Source: Thraustochytrium aureum (Eukaryota). From it: a DNA stretch of 64,000 bases. A model generated the notes under the pieces. That model was not told where the DNA came from. It saw only the letters and a program-made list of their open reading frames with translations, and did no database searches. The DNA lies in the NCBI GenBank assembly GCA_012862495.1, contig BLSG01000080.1:1-64000 (forward strand), written 5' to 3'. This document shows, piece by piece, positions 19,647-29,972 of this stretch (positions are counted from its first letter, which is position 1; each line of letters opens with the position of its first letter). The position numbers and the translations under genes were made by a program.

Positions 19647-22600
19647 ACGGGAATCGGCGTCGAGCACGGTCGCAGCCCCCGCTTCACGACACGCTCAGAA
19701 CGCTGGGCCGAAGTGGCGTGGGCGAGAATGATACCGCTAGAAATTTGTGCGCAGGGGTGATTCGAGTCTTGCTCCCGGACAGCGGCCTCGTTTGGCATGG
19801 CTCGACATGGAGTGTCGGCCAGGCCGAGTTCGAGATGAAAGCGATGCTGCAGGGCGGGACCCACCCGCACGTGGGGATACAAAACGCCTTCAACCAGGGC
19901 GACCGCAACGTCGTGGTTCACGTTGTCGAACGCCTTGGCATGTTTGGCGCAGGACTGACCCAGCCAGAGCAAGACGACGGGCCTAGGCGCAAGCCAACCT
20001 TCGGCGGCCAGAGCGGCGAAATGGGCTTGCTGCGAACCAGAGGGCGGCATAGCAATAGCGGTTTGCTTCAGAGCGGCAGCAAACTCGCAGGCAAGCCCCA
20101 AAGCAACAACCCCGCGGACCAAATTGAACGCAAACTCGCTCGACGGGTAAATGACGTGCAAGGCAAATTCGTCCTTTCAAAGGTGCGCGTCGTGCTGCGC
20201 ACTTGGCGACGGAAACGGTTGCTGCCGGCATTGGATGCCTGGAAAGCCGTCGTCAAAGCTATGCAAGACGAAGAATATTGTTGCGCCGCCACAGAAGCGC
20301 AGAGGGTGGTGCGCGGCCACCTCGGGAGGCAGCGCCTGGAGCGCGCACGACGCGCTCGCGCACAGGTAGTCATTTCCAGCACTGCTCGCGGCCGCATTGC
20401 AACTCGTCGGGTGGCGCACATCCGAGAAGAAAAACTCCAGAACGAGTGCGCGATTCGCTTGCAATGCGTCTACCGTGTCCGCAAAGCGCGCCAGCAGGTG
20501 GAGCGCGCCTTGCGCCGGCAGCGTCGGGAGGACGCCGCTATTTCAATCCAGCGCGGCTGGCGGGCACACGTGTCGTGCAGGTTTGCTTCGCGCGTGCTAC
20601 GGGCTCGACGGGAGAACAGGTCGAGTTTGTTGATCACTGGGTTTTTGCGCATCTGCGCGGCCAAGAATGAGCTTGATGACCTCAGGTTAGAGCGAGCAGC
20701 GATTCGCGTTCAAACGCGCTGGCGCTGCCACAAGGGCAAGCTTCATGTCCAGCTCGTTCGCGCTCACCGGCGACAAGAGGAGGAGGCCTCGAAGGTCCTC
20801 CAAGCGCGCATGCGCGGGCGAAAGGCCCGCAAGGAGGTCTTGGCGTTGCGGCACAAGAAACTCGAAAACGCTGCGGTGCTCATCCAAGCGCGCTGGCGCT
20901 GCAAGCACTCGCAGATGGCCGTATTTCTTATCAAGCGCGAGCGCTCGCGGTGTGCGCGAGTCGTCCAGCGCTTTTTCCGGGCTCAAGCGATTCGCATTCA
21001 TCTCCGGTACAGGCGCCGCGCGGCGGCCGCAGTGCGACTGCAAGCGTGGTTTCACCGTCTCAAGCGACGACGGAACGCTGGCGCGATTAGGATACAGCGC
21101 GTATGGCGCCGCTTCAAGCTGCGTTGTCGATATTTTGCGGGGGCGCGTGGGCTGCAGCGACTGGCGCGGGGGTTCTTGGCGAGGACTAGAATGAGCAGGA
21201 TCAAGAGTAGCGTGGTTGTCGCTCAGCGCGCATATCGGGCCTGGCAAGCGCGCTGCATGCTCGCTGCTCTTAGGGAGCGTCGCGAACGTCTGCGTGGCCT
21301 GCCGCTTTGCGACGAGTGCAGCGACGAGGTCTGCAGCGTGCTTTGCCTGGCGTGTGAGGGCAAGTTTTGCGGCCCATGTATTGCCGTCATCCATGGTGTT
21401 CTCAGAGATCACGAGACGCGCGGTGCCTCGGGAGGTGGCCAGATGGTATATCATGTTGCGTGGTCCCGCGCGCATGTTTTGGCGTCAGTTCTTGTTCAAA
21501 AGGCCTGGCGACGCCGAAATGCGCGCATTCTCATGTTGGCCAAGAAGGCGAAACGAATCAAGCGAGAGGAGGCCCTGCTCATGGCTCGCTTGCGCTGGCG
21601 CTTGAATGCGAAGCGAGCCGCAAGTGCGCGTCCCATCCAGGCCATGGTGCGGGGCTTCCTCGTGCGGGCTCGGCTCGAACGGCAAAACAAGTCGGCAACC
21701 CTTGCCCAAGCCCTGTGGCGAGGGCACGCGGCGAGGCAGCTCTTGCGGCGACAACAAGCAGCCGCGGCAGAGATTCAGCGCGTTGCTCGCGGGCGAGCGA
21801 AGAAAAGGGCCTTTGTACACAAGCGAAAGGCGTGCACGCGCTTGCAGGCCTTTGCAAGAATGGTGGTGTGCCGCCTTGAACTCGACCGGGCAGTGCAGGC
21901 AGCGGCGTGCATACAAGCAGCATCCAGAGGTTGCTTGGCCCGCATCCGGCTCGCCAAGGCTCGATGCGCTGCCGTGGAGATACAGCGCTGCACTCGAGGC
22001 CACGTGGCTCGGACCCAGGTTGCGCGCCGGCACAGTGCGGCCACGACCATTCAAACAACCACTCGTGGCGCAAGGGTTCGAAAGGCTTTTCTCTGCCAGC
22101 GCGGGGCAGCTGTTCGACTGCAGCGCGCGGTCAGGGCGAGATTGGCGAAGGCCGAGCTTGGGAGGCGACGCGAGGCAGTTGCGCTCATGTTCAAGGTCGA
22201 GGTTTTCGGTCGAGAGCGCTCCGCGCGCGTGATCCAGCGCACGTGGCGTCGCTGGTTTGCAGTGCGACAAGCAGCTTTGCGCATTCAGCGTGCCTGGAGG
22301 CGCCGCCAAGGCCAGTATGCAGCCTTTTTGGTGCGTGCTGCGCGAAGAAACGCATCGCTTGACGCCGCAGGACTTGAGTGCGACTGGACCAAGCACTGGG
22401 ACGCACATGCCGAGGCTTTCTACTATGTGAACAAGGTCACCTTCGAGTGGACGTACAGGGCGCCGGAGGCGTATTACACTGCAGAATACGAGAAGGCCGA
22501 GCGCGAGGCTATGGCGGCCGAGGAGGCTCGCTGTCAGCTAGTTGCGGACCTAGAGGCCGAGATCGCCGAGCAGGTGCGCAAGAACGCGCCGGAAAACTGG

Positions 22601-23182
22601 CGAGTTCACGTCGACGAAACGACTGGCGCAAAGTCGTACGCGAACGAGGAGCTTGGGGTCTTCACGGCAGAGCGCCCAGAGGTCTTGGGCCCTGACCCCG
22701 ACCTGCAAGTCTGGGAGACGCATATCCACCCAGTGACGAACAAAGCTTGGTACTACAACTCGGACACGGGGGAGACGACGTGGGCGAGGCCGGTGGAGGT
22801 CCTCGGGTACGAGTTTGTCGAGTACTGGGACTACGTAAAGAAATGCTCTTACTGGCAGAGCACGGTAACTGGCGAGTCGACGTACCAGCGACCCGACGAG
22901 CTTGGGCCGGACCCTTCGGGGGCCGCCGAAGCGGACGCGCACGGCGCTCAGGACGACACTGCCTTCCTCGAATGGTTTGAGGCGCACGACGAGGAGTCTG
23001 GACAGCCATACTATTACCAGTACAACTCGCTCACTCAGACCACCGAGCAAATTGTGTGGGACAAGCCGGAGGCGCTATTGCACGAGTGGGAAAAGTGGGA
23101 CGAGTTCTGGTCGCAGGAGGAGCAGCTTCCGTACTATGTGAACAAGTTCACGGGCGCATCGCAGTGGAAGAAGCCGTGGTAG
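19647..23182 (+). CDS. Large poly-IQ-motif protein with a central B-box-type zinc finger and six C-terminal WW domains; 5' end in gap (candidate ATG at 19266)
   Basis: About 20 IQ-like motifs (IQRGWRAH, IQARWRCK, IQAMVRGFLVR, IQRVARGR, IQRCTRGHVAR); CDEC..CLACEGKFCGPC..IH..DH; six WW-like units such as WETHIHPVTNKAWYYNSDTGETTWARP and WDEFWSQEEQLPYYVNKFTGASQWKKP. Confidence 0.9.
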
Positions 23183-23524
23183 CTTGTCGGCGAGGCTCGC
23201 ATAGCACCCAGCTCGGCTGTCAAATGAAAAACAGTAGAGTACTCTGAGTACCGGGTCGTTCTCAATGTGATCTCAACCTTTTCTCCTTCCTGTGCTTCGC
23301 CGTCTGATGGCCTCCACTTCTCGGCGCAAGCTGTCTGGGGCAGTCAGTGCCTGAGCTCCTCCGGCACCAGCGAGCTGAGAAGTTGCGTCGCGTCTCGCGC
23401 AGGCTTGCGTCGAGCCGTGTCGGACCGTCGAATGGCCACCCACTGACTGCGTTGTGTTGTGACATGTGTTGTGCAAGGTCTGAGCTTTGGTCGGACTCGT
23501 GAGCCGCTCGCAGAGTCGGAGGGA

Positions 23525-24160
23525 ATGAGTCGCCTCCAGCACGCCTCGGCCCAGGCGGGCGGCGCTAGTGATGACGAGGGCGTGGTTTACCGCGCGGTAG
23601 AGGCAGGCGTGCTGACGGCCGACGAGTTGGCCGCCCTCTGCACCGGGGACCGCGTGGCGTGGAGCGGGTCGCGGAAAGGTGAGACTCCACTCCAGTGCGC
23701 CGCTCGGCTGGGCCATGTTGACTATGTGAACGTGCTGCTGCGCCACGGAGCCGACCACGGTTTGTGCAACGAGCGGAATGGGTGGTCGCCCCTGATCTAC
23801 GCCGCGCAGGCCGGTTGCCCGGAAGCCGTGCGCGCCCTCGTGGAGGCCGGTGCTGACGTGGAGCTGGCGGAGAAGCGCGGCCGCACGCCGCTGATGATGG
23901 CTGCCGCTTGCGACGGCCCCGAGGCGAGCGCCGAGTGCGTGCGCATCCTGCTTGTGGCTGGCGCGGACGTGAACCGAAGCCAGGAGTACGGCAACTCGGC
24001 CCTCTCGTTCGCGGCTGCCAACGGGAACGCCGCCGCCGTGGACGAGCTTCTGGCGGCCGGCGCGGACAGGAGCGCCAAGAACGCAGATGGCGAGACCGCC
24101 GCAGACCTAGCCGCGGCCTCGGGCCACGCCGGCGTGGCCGCCGCGCTTCGCGCCGACTAG
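23525..24160 (+). CDS. Ankyrin-repeat protein (about 5 repeats)
   Basis: GETPLQCAARLGH, GWSPLIYAAQAG, GRTPLMMAA, GNSALSFAAANGN, GETAADLA. Confidence 0.92.
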   Translation: MSRLQHASAQAGGASDDEGVVYRAVEAGVLTADELAALCTGDRVAWSGSRKGETPLQCAARLGHVDYVNVLLRHGADHGLCNERNGWSPLIYAAQAGCPEAVRALVEAGADVELAEKRGRTPLMMAAACDGPEASAECVRILLVAGADVNRSQEYGNSALSFAAANGNAAAVDELLAAGADRSAKNADGETAADLAAASGHAGVAAALRAD

Positions 24161-24555
24161 ACGAACGGCAAAGAGCTGGCGCAAGTAGGTGCCGCGCGCA
24201 GCGGTCAGTGGCCGAACCACAAGGGAGCTGAGTTGACGTGGCTGCACGCGTTTCCCTTCAAAGTGCTCTGTGCTGGGAGCTGCCATGATCTGAAGCGGCA
24301 AAACATGGGGGCCGCAGCAGACCCACGCGAGTCGGTGCATACGGGGGCCAATTGCCCCCTGAATCCGCCGCCGACAGAGCAGCGCGCGCAGGGGGCTCGG
24401 ACGAGCGATGCCGCCGAGCTCCGCGGGCCTCTCTGCAAGACAAGCCGAGGTCGCAGAGCCAACGCAAGACACCCGTGTGTTTCGCAAATCAAAATTTTGG
24501 CCCCTCCCGACGCAAGCGCCCTGTCAGCTTTCGACTCGCCGTCGCAGCAACAGAT

Positions 24556-24603
24556 GATCTGGACGCCCTGGACGATCTGGACGCCCTGGACGATCTGGAC
24601 GCC
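24556..24603. repeat. 18-bp tandem repeat (about 2.7 copies)
   Basis: gatctggacgccctggac repeated. Confidence 0.85.
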
Positions 24604-24974
24604 GACAGCGAGCGCTGGCACCGTGAACGGCAGCGTGGAGCTCGACCAGCCCGGTCGCGGTTCAAATTTTGATAGCGACCTAACCCAAGCTACCCGAAAC
24701 CTAACCCGCAGGGATTTTGAATGTTTGCCGAGGACGGACGGCAGACACCGAACGAACGCCACAGCGCGCCACAGGACAGGCAGGGACAGACGGGCCCGGC
24801 CCACCGCGCGCGCGTCGAGCGCCACTGACGGCCGCCGTCCGTGCCCGCTTGAACCGCCAGGTTTGTCGGATCGCAGGCAGCTGCAGGGCTGGTCGCTTCG
24901 CCTTCCTGATCGAGCTGGTTGAGCTGATCCGCCGACACCAAGGGGTATCCCCCTGGCCGGCCTCGACGCTCTCC

Positions 24975-25025
24975 TCGCCCGCCCGCCCGCCCGCCCGCTC
25001 GCTCGCTCGCTCGCTCGCTCGCTCA
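24975..25025. repeat. (GCCC)n(GCTC)n compound microsatellite
   Basis: gcccgcccgcccgcccgcccgctcgctcgctcgctcgctcgctc. Confidence 0.9.
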
Positions 25026-25644
25026 CGCGGCAACGGCGGCAGCACGGGCTGCGAGTGCGAGCGGGACCTGGACGGCCGGCCGGCTTTTCCGCGGCGGCTT
25101 CTGACGAGGTCGTTCTGCAGGGCGAGCGGCGTGGCGTCAAGCAAGAAGCTGGAGGCAGACCACTCGGCTCGAAGCGGACGGAGGAAGGATCGAAGGCAGA
25201 GCCAGAACGCCGCGCGCCAGGGGGCAGAAGAAAGCAGCAGAGAGGGCGGTCGCGCTCGGCGTGGCGCACGACTGAGGCACGAAGCGGACGAGCGGCGCGG
25301 CTGAAGAGCGCGCGCGCGGCTCGCGATCCTGGCTGGCTCTGGTTTGCGGGCGCGACAAACTGTTGGCAGGCGCAGCTGCTTCGCGACGGGCGAGACGCAG
25401 CGAGAGCTGTAGCGGCAGAGGGAGTGCGCGCGGCCCGGGCCGCTTTAGCATTGGTCGCTGGGCGCACTTGGCGTCGGCAGAGNNNNNNNNNNNNNNNNNN
25501 NNNNNNNNNNNNNNNNNNNNNNNNNNNNNNNNNNNNNNNNNNNNNNGTATTGACTGGAGGGTAGGTAGGCAGCGCGCTTGGAGGGCGTTTGGGGCCGCCG
25601 CACAACGCAAGCGAAAAACGTTCGCGACTAGCTGGAGGAAGCCC

Positions 25645-28600
25645 ATGGCTGACGACGAGCAGCACCCGACGCCGCAAGGGGGCGGGGAGATGAGCGACTC
25701 GGAGAGCGAGAGCTCGCGCAGCGACTCCGGCTCGGGTAGCGAAAGCGAAAGTGCAAGCGGCTCGAAGCGCGGACCCTCCAACGGGCCCGGAAAGGGCCCG
25801 GAAGCCAGCGACTCTGAAGACGGCTCCTCCGAGTCCGACTCGGAGGACTCGGAGGACTCGGACGAGGAGAGCACTGGCGACGGGGGCGCACAAGCGCTGC
25901 AAGGGGGAAGTGCCGCAAATGGACTCGGGAGCTCGAAGGACGGGGCTAGCGCTGGAGCCAGCCAGTCCGCCGGCGATGACGGCAGCGACGGCCCCGGCAG
26001 CGAGCACCCCCCCGGGGCCAAGCCGAAGCGCAAGTCGAGCGGCAAGCCAAAGCAAAAGTCGTACCACGAGATGGTTACTCACGTCCTGTACGACAAACGC
26101 GGCAAGTTTGGCATCTCCGTTCAGGAGATCAAGAAGAGTATGCACGAGAGCTTCAACATCAAGACCGAGCCGAAGCGCTTCGCTCTGCAGCTATCACTGG
26201 CCCTGAAGAAGATGTTGAGCGACAAGGCCGTGCAAAAGCAGGGCATGCGGTACAAGCTCAACCCGCGCACCGCCGCCCGCATGCGAGCCAACGAGACGCG
26301 CAAGCAGCGAGCGACGGAGGAGGCCGAGTTTCAGCGGCGACTGAAGAGCGGCGAGGCTAGTCTGGAGGAGGTGCGCGAGTTTAAGAGACAGGAAGAGGCC
26401 AAGGCCAAAAAGCGGGAGGAGAAGCTCACGCGAGAAAAGGAGCGCCAAGCGAAACGACGCGCCGAGAGGGCCATGGAGGTCTGCGATGTCGTCGAGAAGG
26501 CGCCGAAAGCGCAAGTGGCAAAGTCGCCCCGCCGAAAGCTTCCTCCCCAGGCAGATCCTCCGCACAACGACCTGCCGTTCGCGAGCGTGGCGAGCGCGCT
26601 TCTGGGCGTGGTCGAGTTCTGCACCGAGTATGCAGAGGTCCTCAAGCTCGAGCCCTTCACTGTGGACATGCTGTACAAGGCGCTGGTGAGCGACCATGTT
26701 ACGACGCTGCTTCGCGAGGTCCACCTCGTTTTCCTCGCGTTGTGCCTGGAGCCCGAGATGGAGCAGGACGAGATCGTTGTGCGCTGGGACTGGTTCAAGA
26801 CCCTCAATTCGCTTACCTGGCAAGAGATCCTCCGGCGCTACCTGATCCGCTCTCTGAGCGTCCTTGGCGAGGACTACGCCCCGAGCCGCCTTCTCGTCCA
26901 GGCCGTCAAGCACCTTGAGACAAGCAACTATGTCTCTCTCCCGCTGGAGGCGAAGGTGGCGTCGCTGCGTGTCCTTATTGACGACTGCAACGGGCACCCC
27001 GAGGTGGTGGACGCGCTGGAGGCCAAGGTGAAGTTGCGCGACGAGATCACTGTTGCCAAGTGGCATGACGACTTTGCGGACTCGCGCGAGAACAAGCGGT
27101 GCAAAGACGCCATCAAGTGCATTGACCGCGGCGAGTTGCCCCCGCCCGATGACCCCGAGCAAAAGGACGGAGAAGATGGCGCTGCAGAACCCGAAAGCAA
27201 GCCCGACGCAAATCCCCAAGATGAAGGCACTTCTGACGACGAGGGCAAACCGCCGCAAAAGGCCAAGGGCAAAGGCAAGGCCTCGAAAGGGAAAAAGGCG
27301 CCCAAGGGCCCAGAGGGAGCTGGCTCGAAGAAGGCGCCAGTGAATAAACGCGTTCTAGCCGCTCTACGTGCCGAGAAGCTCAAGCGAATTGCTGAGATCA
27401 GCAAGAAAAAGGAGGAGCGCAACAAGTCTGTAGCTCGCGCGATGGTGGAGCACCGGATCCGCGCCGAGCCCTGGGGCCATGACAGCCGGGGCAACTCGTT
27501 CTGGACTTTCCGCTCGGATCCTAGCCGCCTCTACGTGTACGGCACGGGATTGCGCGGCGAAGACGAGCTCCCCAAAAAGTGCTGGCGGTACTTCAAGTCG
27601 GTGGCCGAGGTGGACCGGCTCATCAAGTCCTGCGATCCCCACAGTAAGCGCGAGCGCGCACTCAAGCGCGACCTCGAGGAGTTTTACGAGATTGTCACCA
27701 AGCGGCTCGAGAAGGCGCAAACCAAGCCCAAGGAAGCCGAGCCGCAAAGCGCGCCGAGCTGGAAATGCCGGCCAACCAGGAAGCCAAAGCCGGCGGCGTC
27801 GAAGCTGGCGGCGTCAAAGCCGAAGAAGCTGGCCAGCCCCTCAATGAAGGGGAGANNNNNNNNNNNNNNNNNNNNNNNNNNNNNNNNNNNNNNNNNNNNN
27901 NNNNNNNNNNNNNNNNNNNNNNNNNNNNNNNNNNNNNNNNNNNNNNNNNNNNNNNNNNNNNNNNNNNNNNNNNNNNNNNNNNNNNNNNNNNNNNNNNNNN
28001 NNNNNNNNNNNNNNNNNNNNNNNNNNNNNNNNNNNNNNNNNNNNNNNNNNNNNNNNNNNNNNNNNNNNNNNNNNNNNNNNNNNNNNNNNNNNCTAAGCGC
28101 CAACGGAAGCGCAAAAAGACCTGGAACGACAGCGACCCTGACGCCTTTGAAAGGTACCAAAACCTCCGCAACCACGTGGAGGGCCTGGAGCTCGACCTGG
28201 ACAACCCAACGAAAGAGCAGGAGGAGTCCTCGCTGGACGATCCGGATGTCAAGCTTTTCAAGGACGCCGAGCGGACGAGCGTCACAGCCCGCGTGCTGAC
28301 CAAAGACATTTGCGAGCTCGCCGAGTTCCTTGAAGAGCGCGGCGGCCGCTTCGACATGGACGGAGGCCTCGAGGAGTTTTGCGACGTCGTCCGTACCGCG
28401 CTGTCAGAGAACTCGCTCAACACTCTTGCCCCGGAGCCTGTTCGCTCCCCGGCGCGCCCGTCTGCTCGCGCGAAGCAGAGCAAATCCAAGACTGGCGGCG
28501 CCAATGGTGCGGCAATCGGCGAACCACAAGTTAGCGACTCGCATGCCGTGGTATCCACGGTCGATTCAGTGGTCGCGCGGGCTGAGCCGAGCTCGCCGAG

Positions 28601-29825
28601 TGCGACGCAACCGAGCGCGACTTCCTCAATCGCGGCAGAGGGGCGAATGATGGTTGAGAGCGTCACTCTGCCCGACGCGACGCGAGGGAAGCTTCGCTTA
28701 GCCTGCACGATGCTTGAGCGCGCCGCCACAGATGCAATCATAGAGTCTCGGATCCGCAACGCTAAAAAGGAAGCCGAGCGCCGCGAGCACCTGCGCCTCG
28801 TCCAAGAACACAAGAAGGCGGAGGCGCGCGCGAAGAAAGAGGCACTCGAGAACCGGAAGCAGCGAAATGCCGAACGCCGAAGCAAGGCCTCGGGGAAGCG
28901 CAAGCTGGACCTTGCCGAACGCAGTGGGCGTGACGCGAGGAAAGCCAACGCGCGTGCCTCCAAGCGGGCGCGGTCGTCCGAGTCTGACGCCATTATCACT
29001 CTTAGCGGCCGCTCTACGACGCGCGTCAACTACAACGAAAACGCCTTGATGGAGGACGCCGCGGCCGACGACGACGACACGGATACGGACGAGGACGTCC
29101 GAACGAAGAAGGGCAGGGCGGGCAAGCGAAAGGCCAAGCGTGCTGACGATGACGATGAGGTGGACCTCGAAAGCAACGAAGAGGACGAAGGTGCAGAGGA
29201 GGAGGAGGAGGAAGAAGAGGAAATCAAGTCTCGCACCAACACCGGGCTGCTGAACGAGGACATCGATGTCCCTGAGGACGAGGCCGCCCGGATCGAGCTC
29301 CTGCAGCGCTTTGAGAACATGTTTCCCACCGGGATCAAGCTCCGCTGCGAGGTCGCGACTGGCGCGGAGGACGCTCCCCGCCTCGTCAACGGCAAACTGG
29401 TCGAGTTCGTGCCGGCTACGTTTCTCTCCCCTGACCTCGTCGTCGACCGGTGGCTCGTCGAGCTGGAGGACGGCTCCAAGCTGTGGCAAGATGAGCGCCA
29501 GGTCCGGACCGCCATTTCCACGCGCCGGCGGTTTGAAAAGGACAGCAAGGGCCGAAAAGATGGAGACGAAGACGAGGATGACGAGGAGGATGACGCCCAG
29601 GACGTCGACGAAGACAAGGGCTCTGGCGCTTCGGTCAAGGACGATGAGAAAGACGGTGCTGATGCCGGAAGCGGCTTGAAGAACATTCGGTTCCTTTGGG
29701 GTACGAAGAGCGAGCGTGACGTGTGGTTTCGGTCCACGTCAACTGCGGTGACGTGCAGCGCGTGGTCGGCCATAGTTTACCAGCTCGCGAACCGCATTTA
29801 CGTCAACAACAGCTTCAAAGACTAG
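25645..29825 (+). CDS. Chromatin factor with linker-histone H15-like domain + DDT + WHIM1 + WSD (WHIM2/3) + Tudor-like C-terminal domain (ISWI accessory subunit family); spans gap 27856-28092
   Basis: H15: KSYHEMVTHVL..GISVQEIKKSM..LSLALKKMLSDKAVQKQGMRYKL. DDT: LLGVVEFCTEYAEVLKLEPFTVDMLYKAL..LLREVHLVFL, then LNSLTWQEILRRYL. WHIM1: YVSLPLEAKVASLRVLID. WSD: RAEPWGHDSRGNSFWTF..WRYFKSVAEVDRLIKSCDPHSKRERALK. Confidence 0.85.
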
Positions 29826-29972
29826 CGGGTAGATTTGCTCGAGCTGGCGTGGCGCGTTTTTCGCGGAGGGCGCCGGGGTTAGCCGCTGTCGAGCGAGCCC
29901 GAGCCGCCGGTGGCATGGATCCCGAGAGGCGGGAAGGCCTTGGCGGAGAATGCCTCGCCGGAGAATGCCTCG

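Noticed and set aside
24233..24922. ORFs with IWTPWT / DDLDAL / VQIVQG repeats
   Set aside because: These are translations of an 18-bp DNA repeat in different frames; no frame is otherwise protein-like
26194..27258. Numerous long antisense ORFs opposite real genes (also 28698-29489, 57511-58602, 61359-62261)
   Set aside because: Expected from high GC3 codon bias, which depletes stops on the opposite strand
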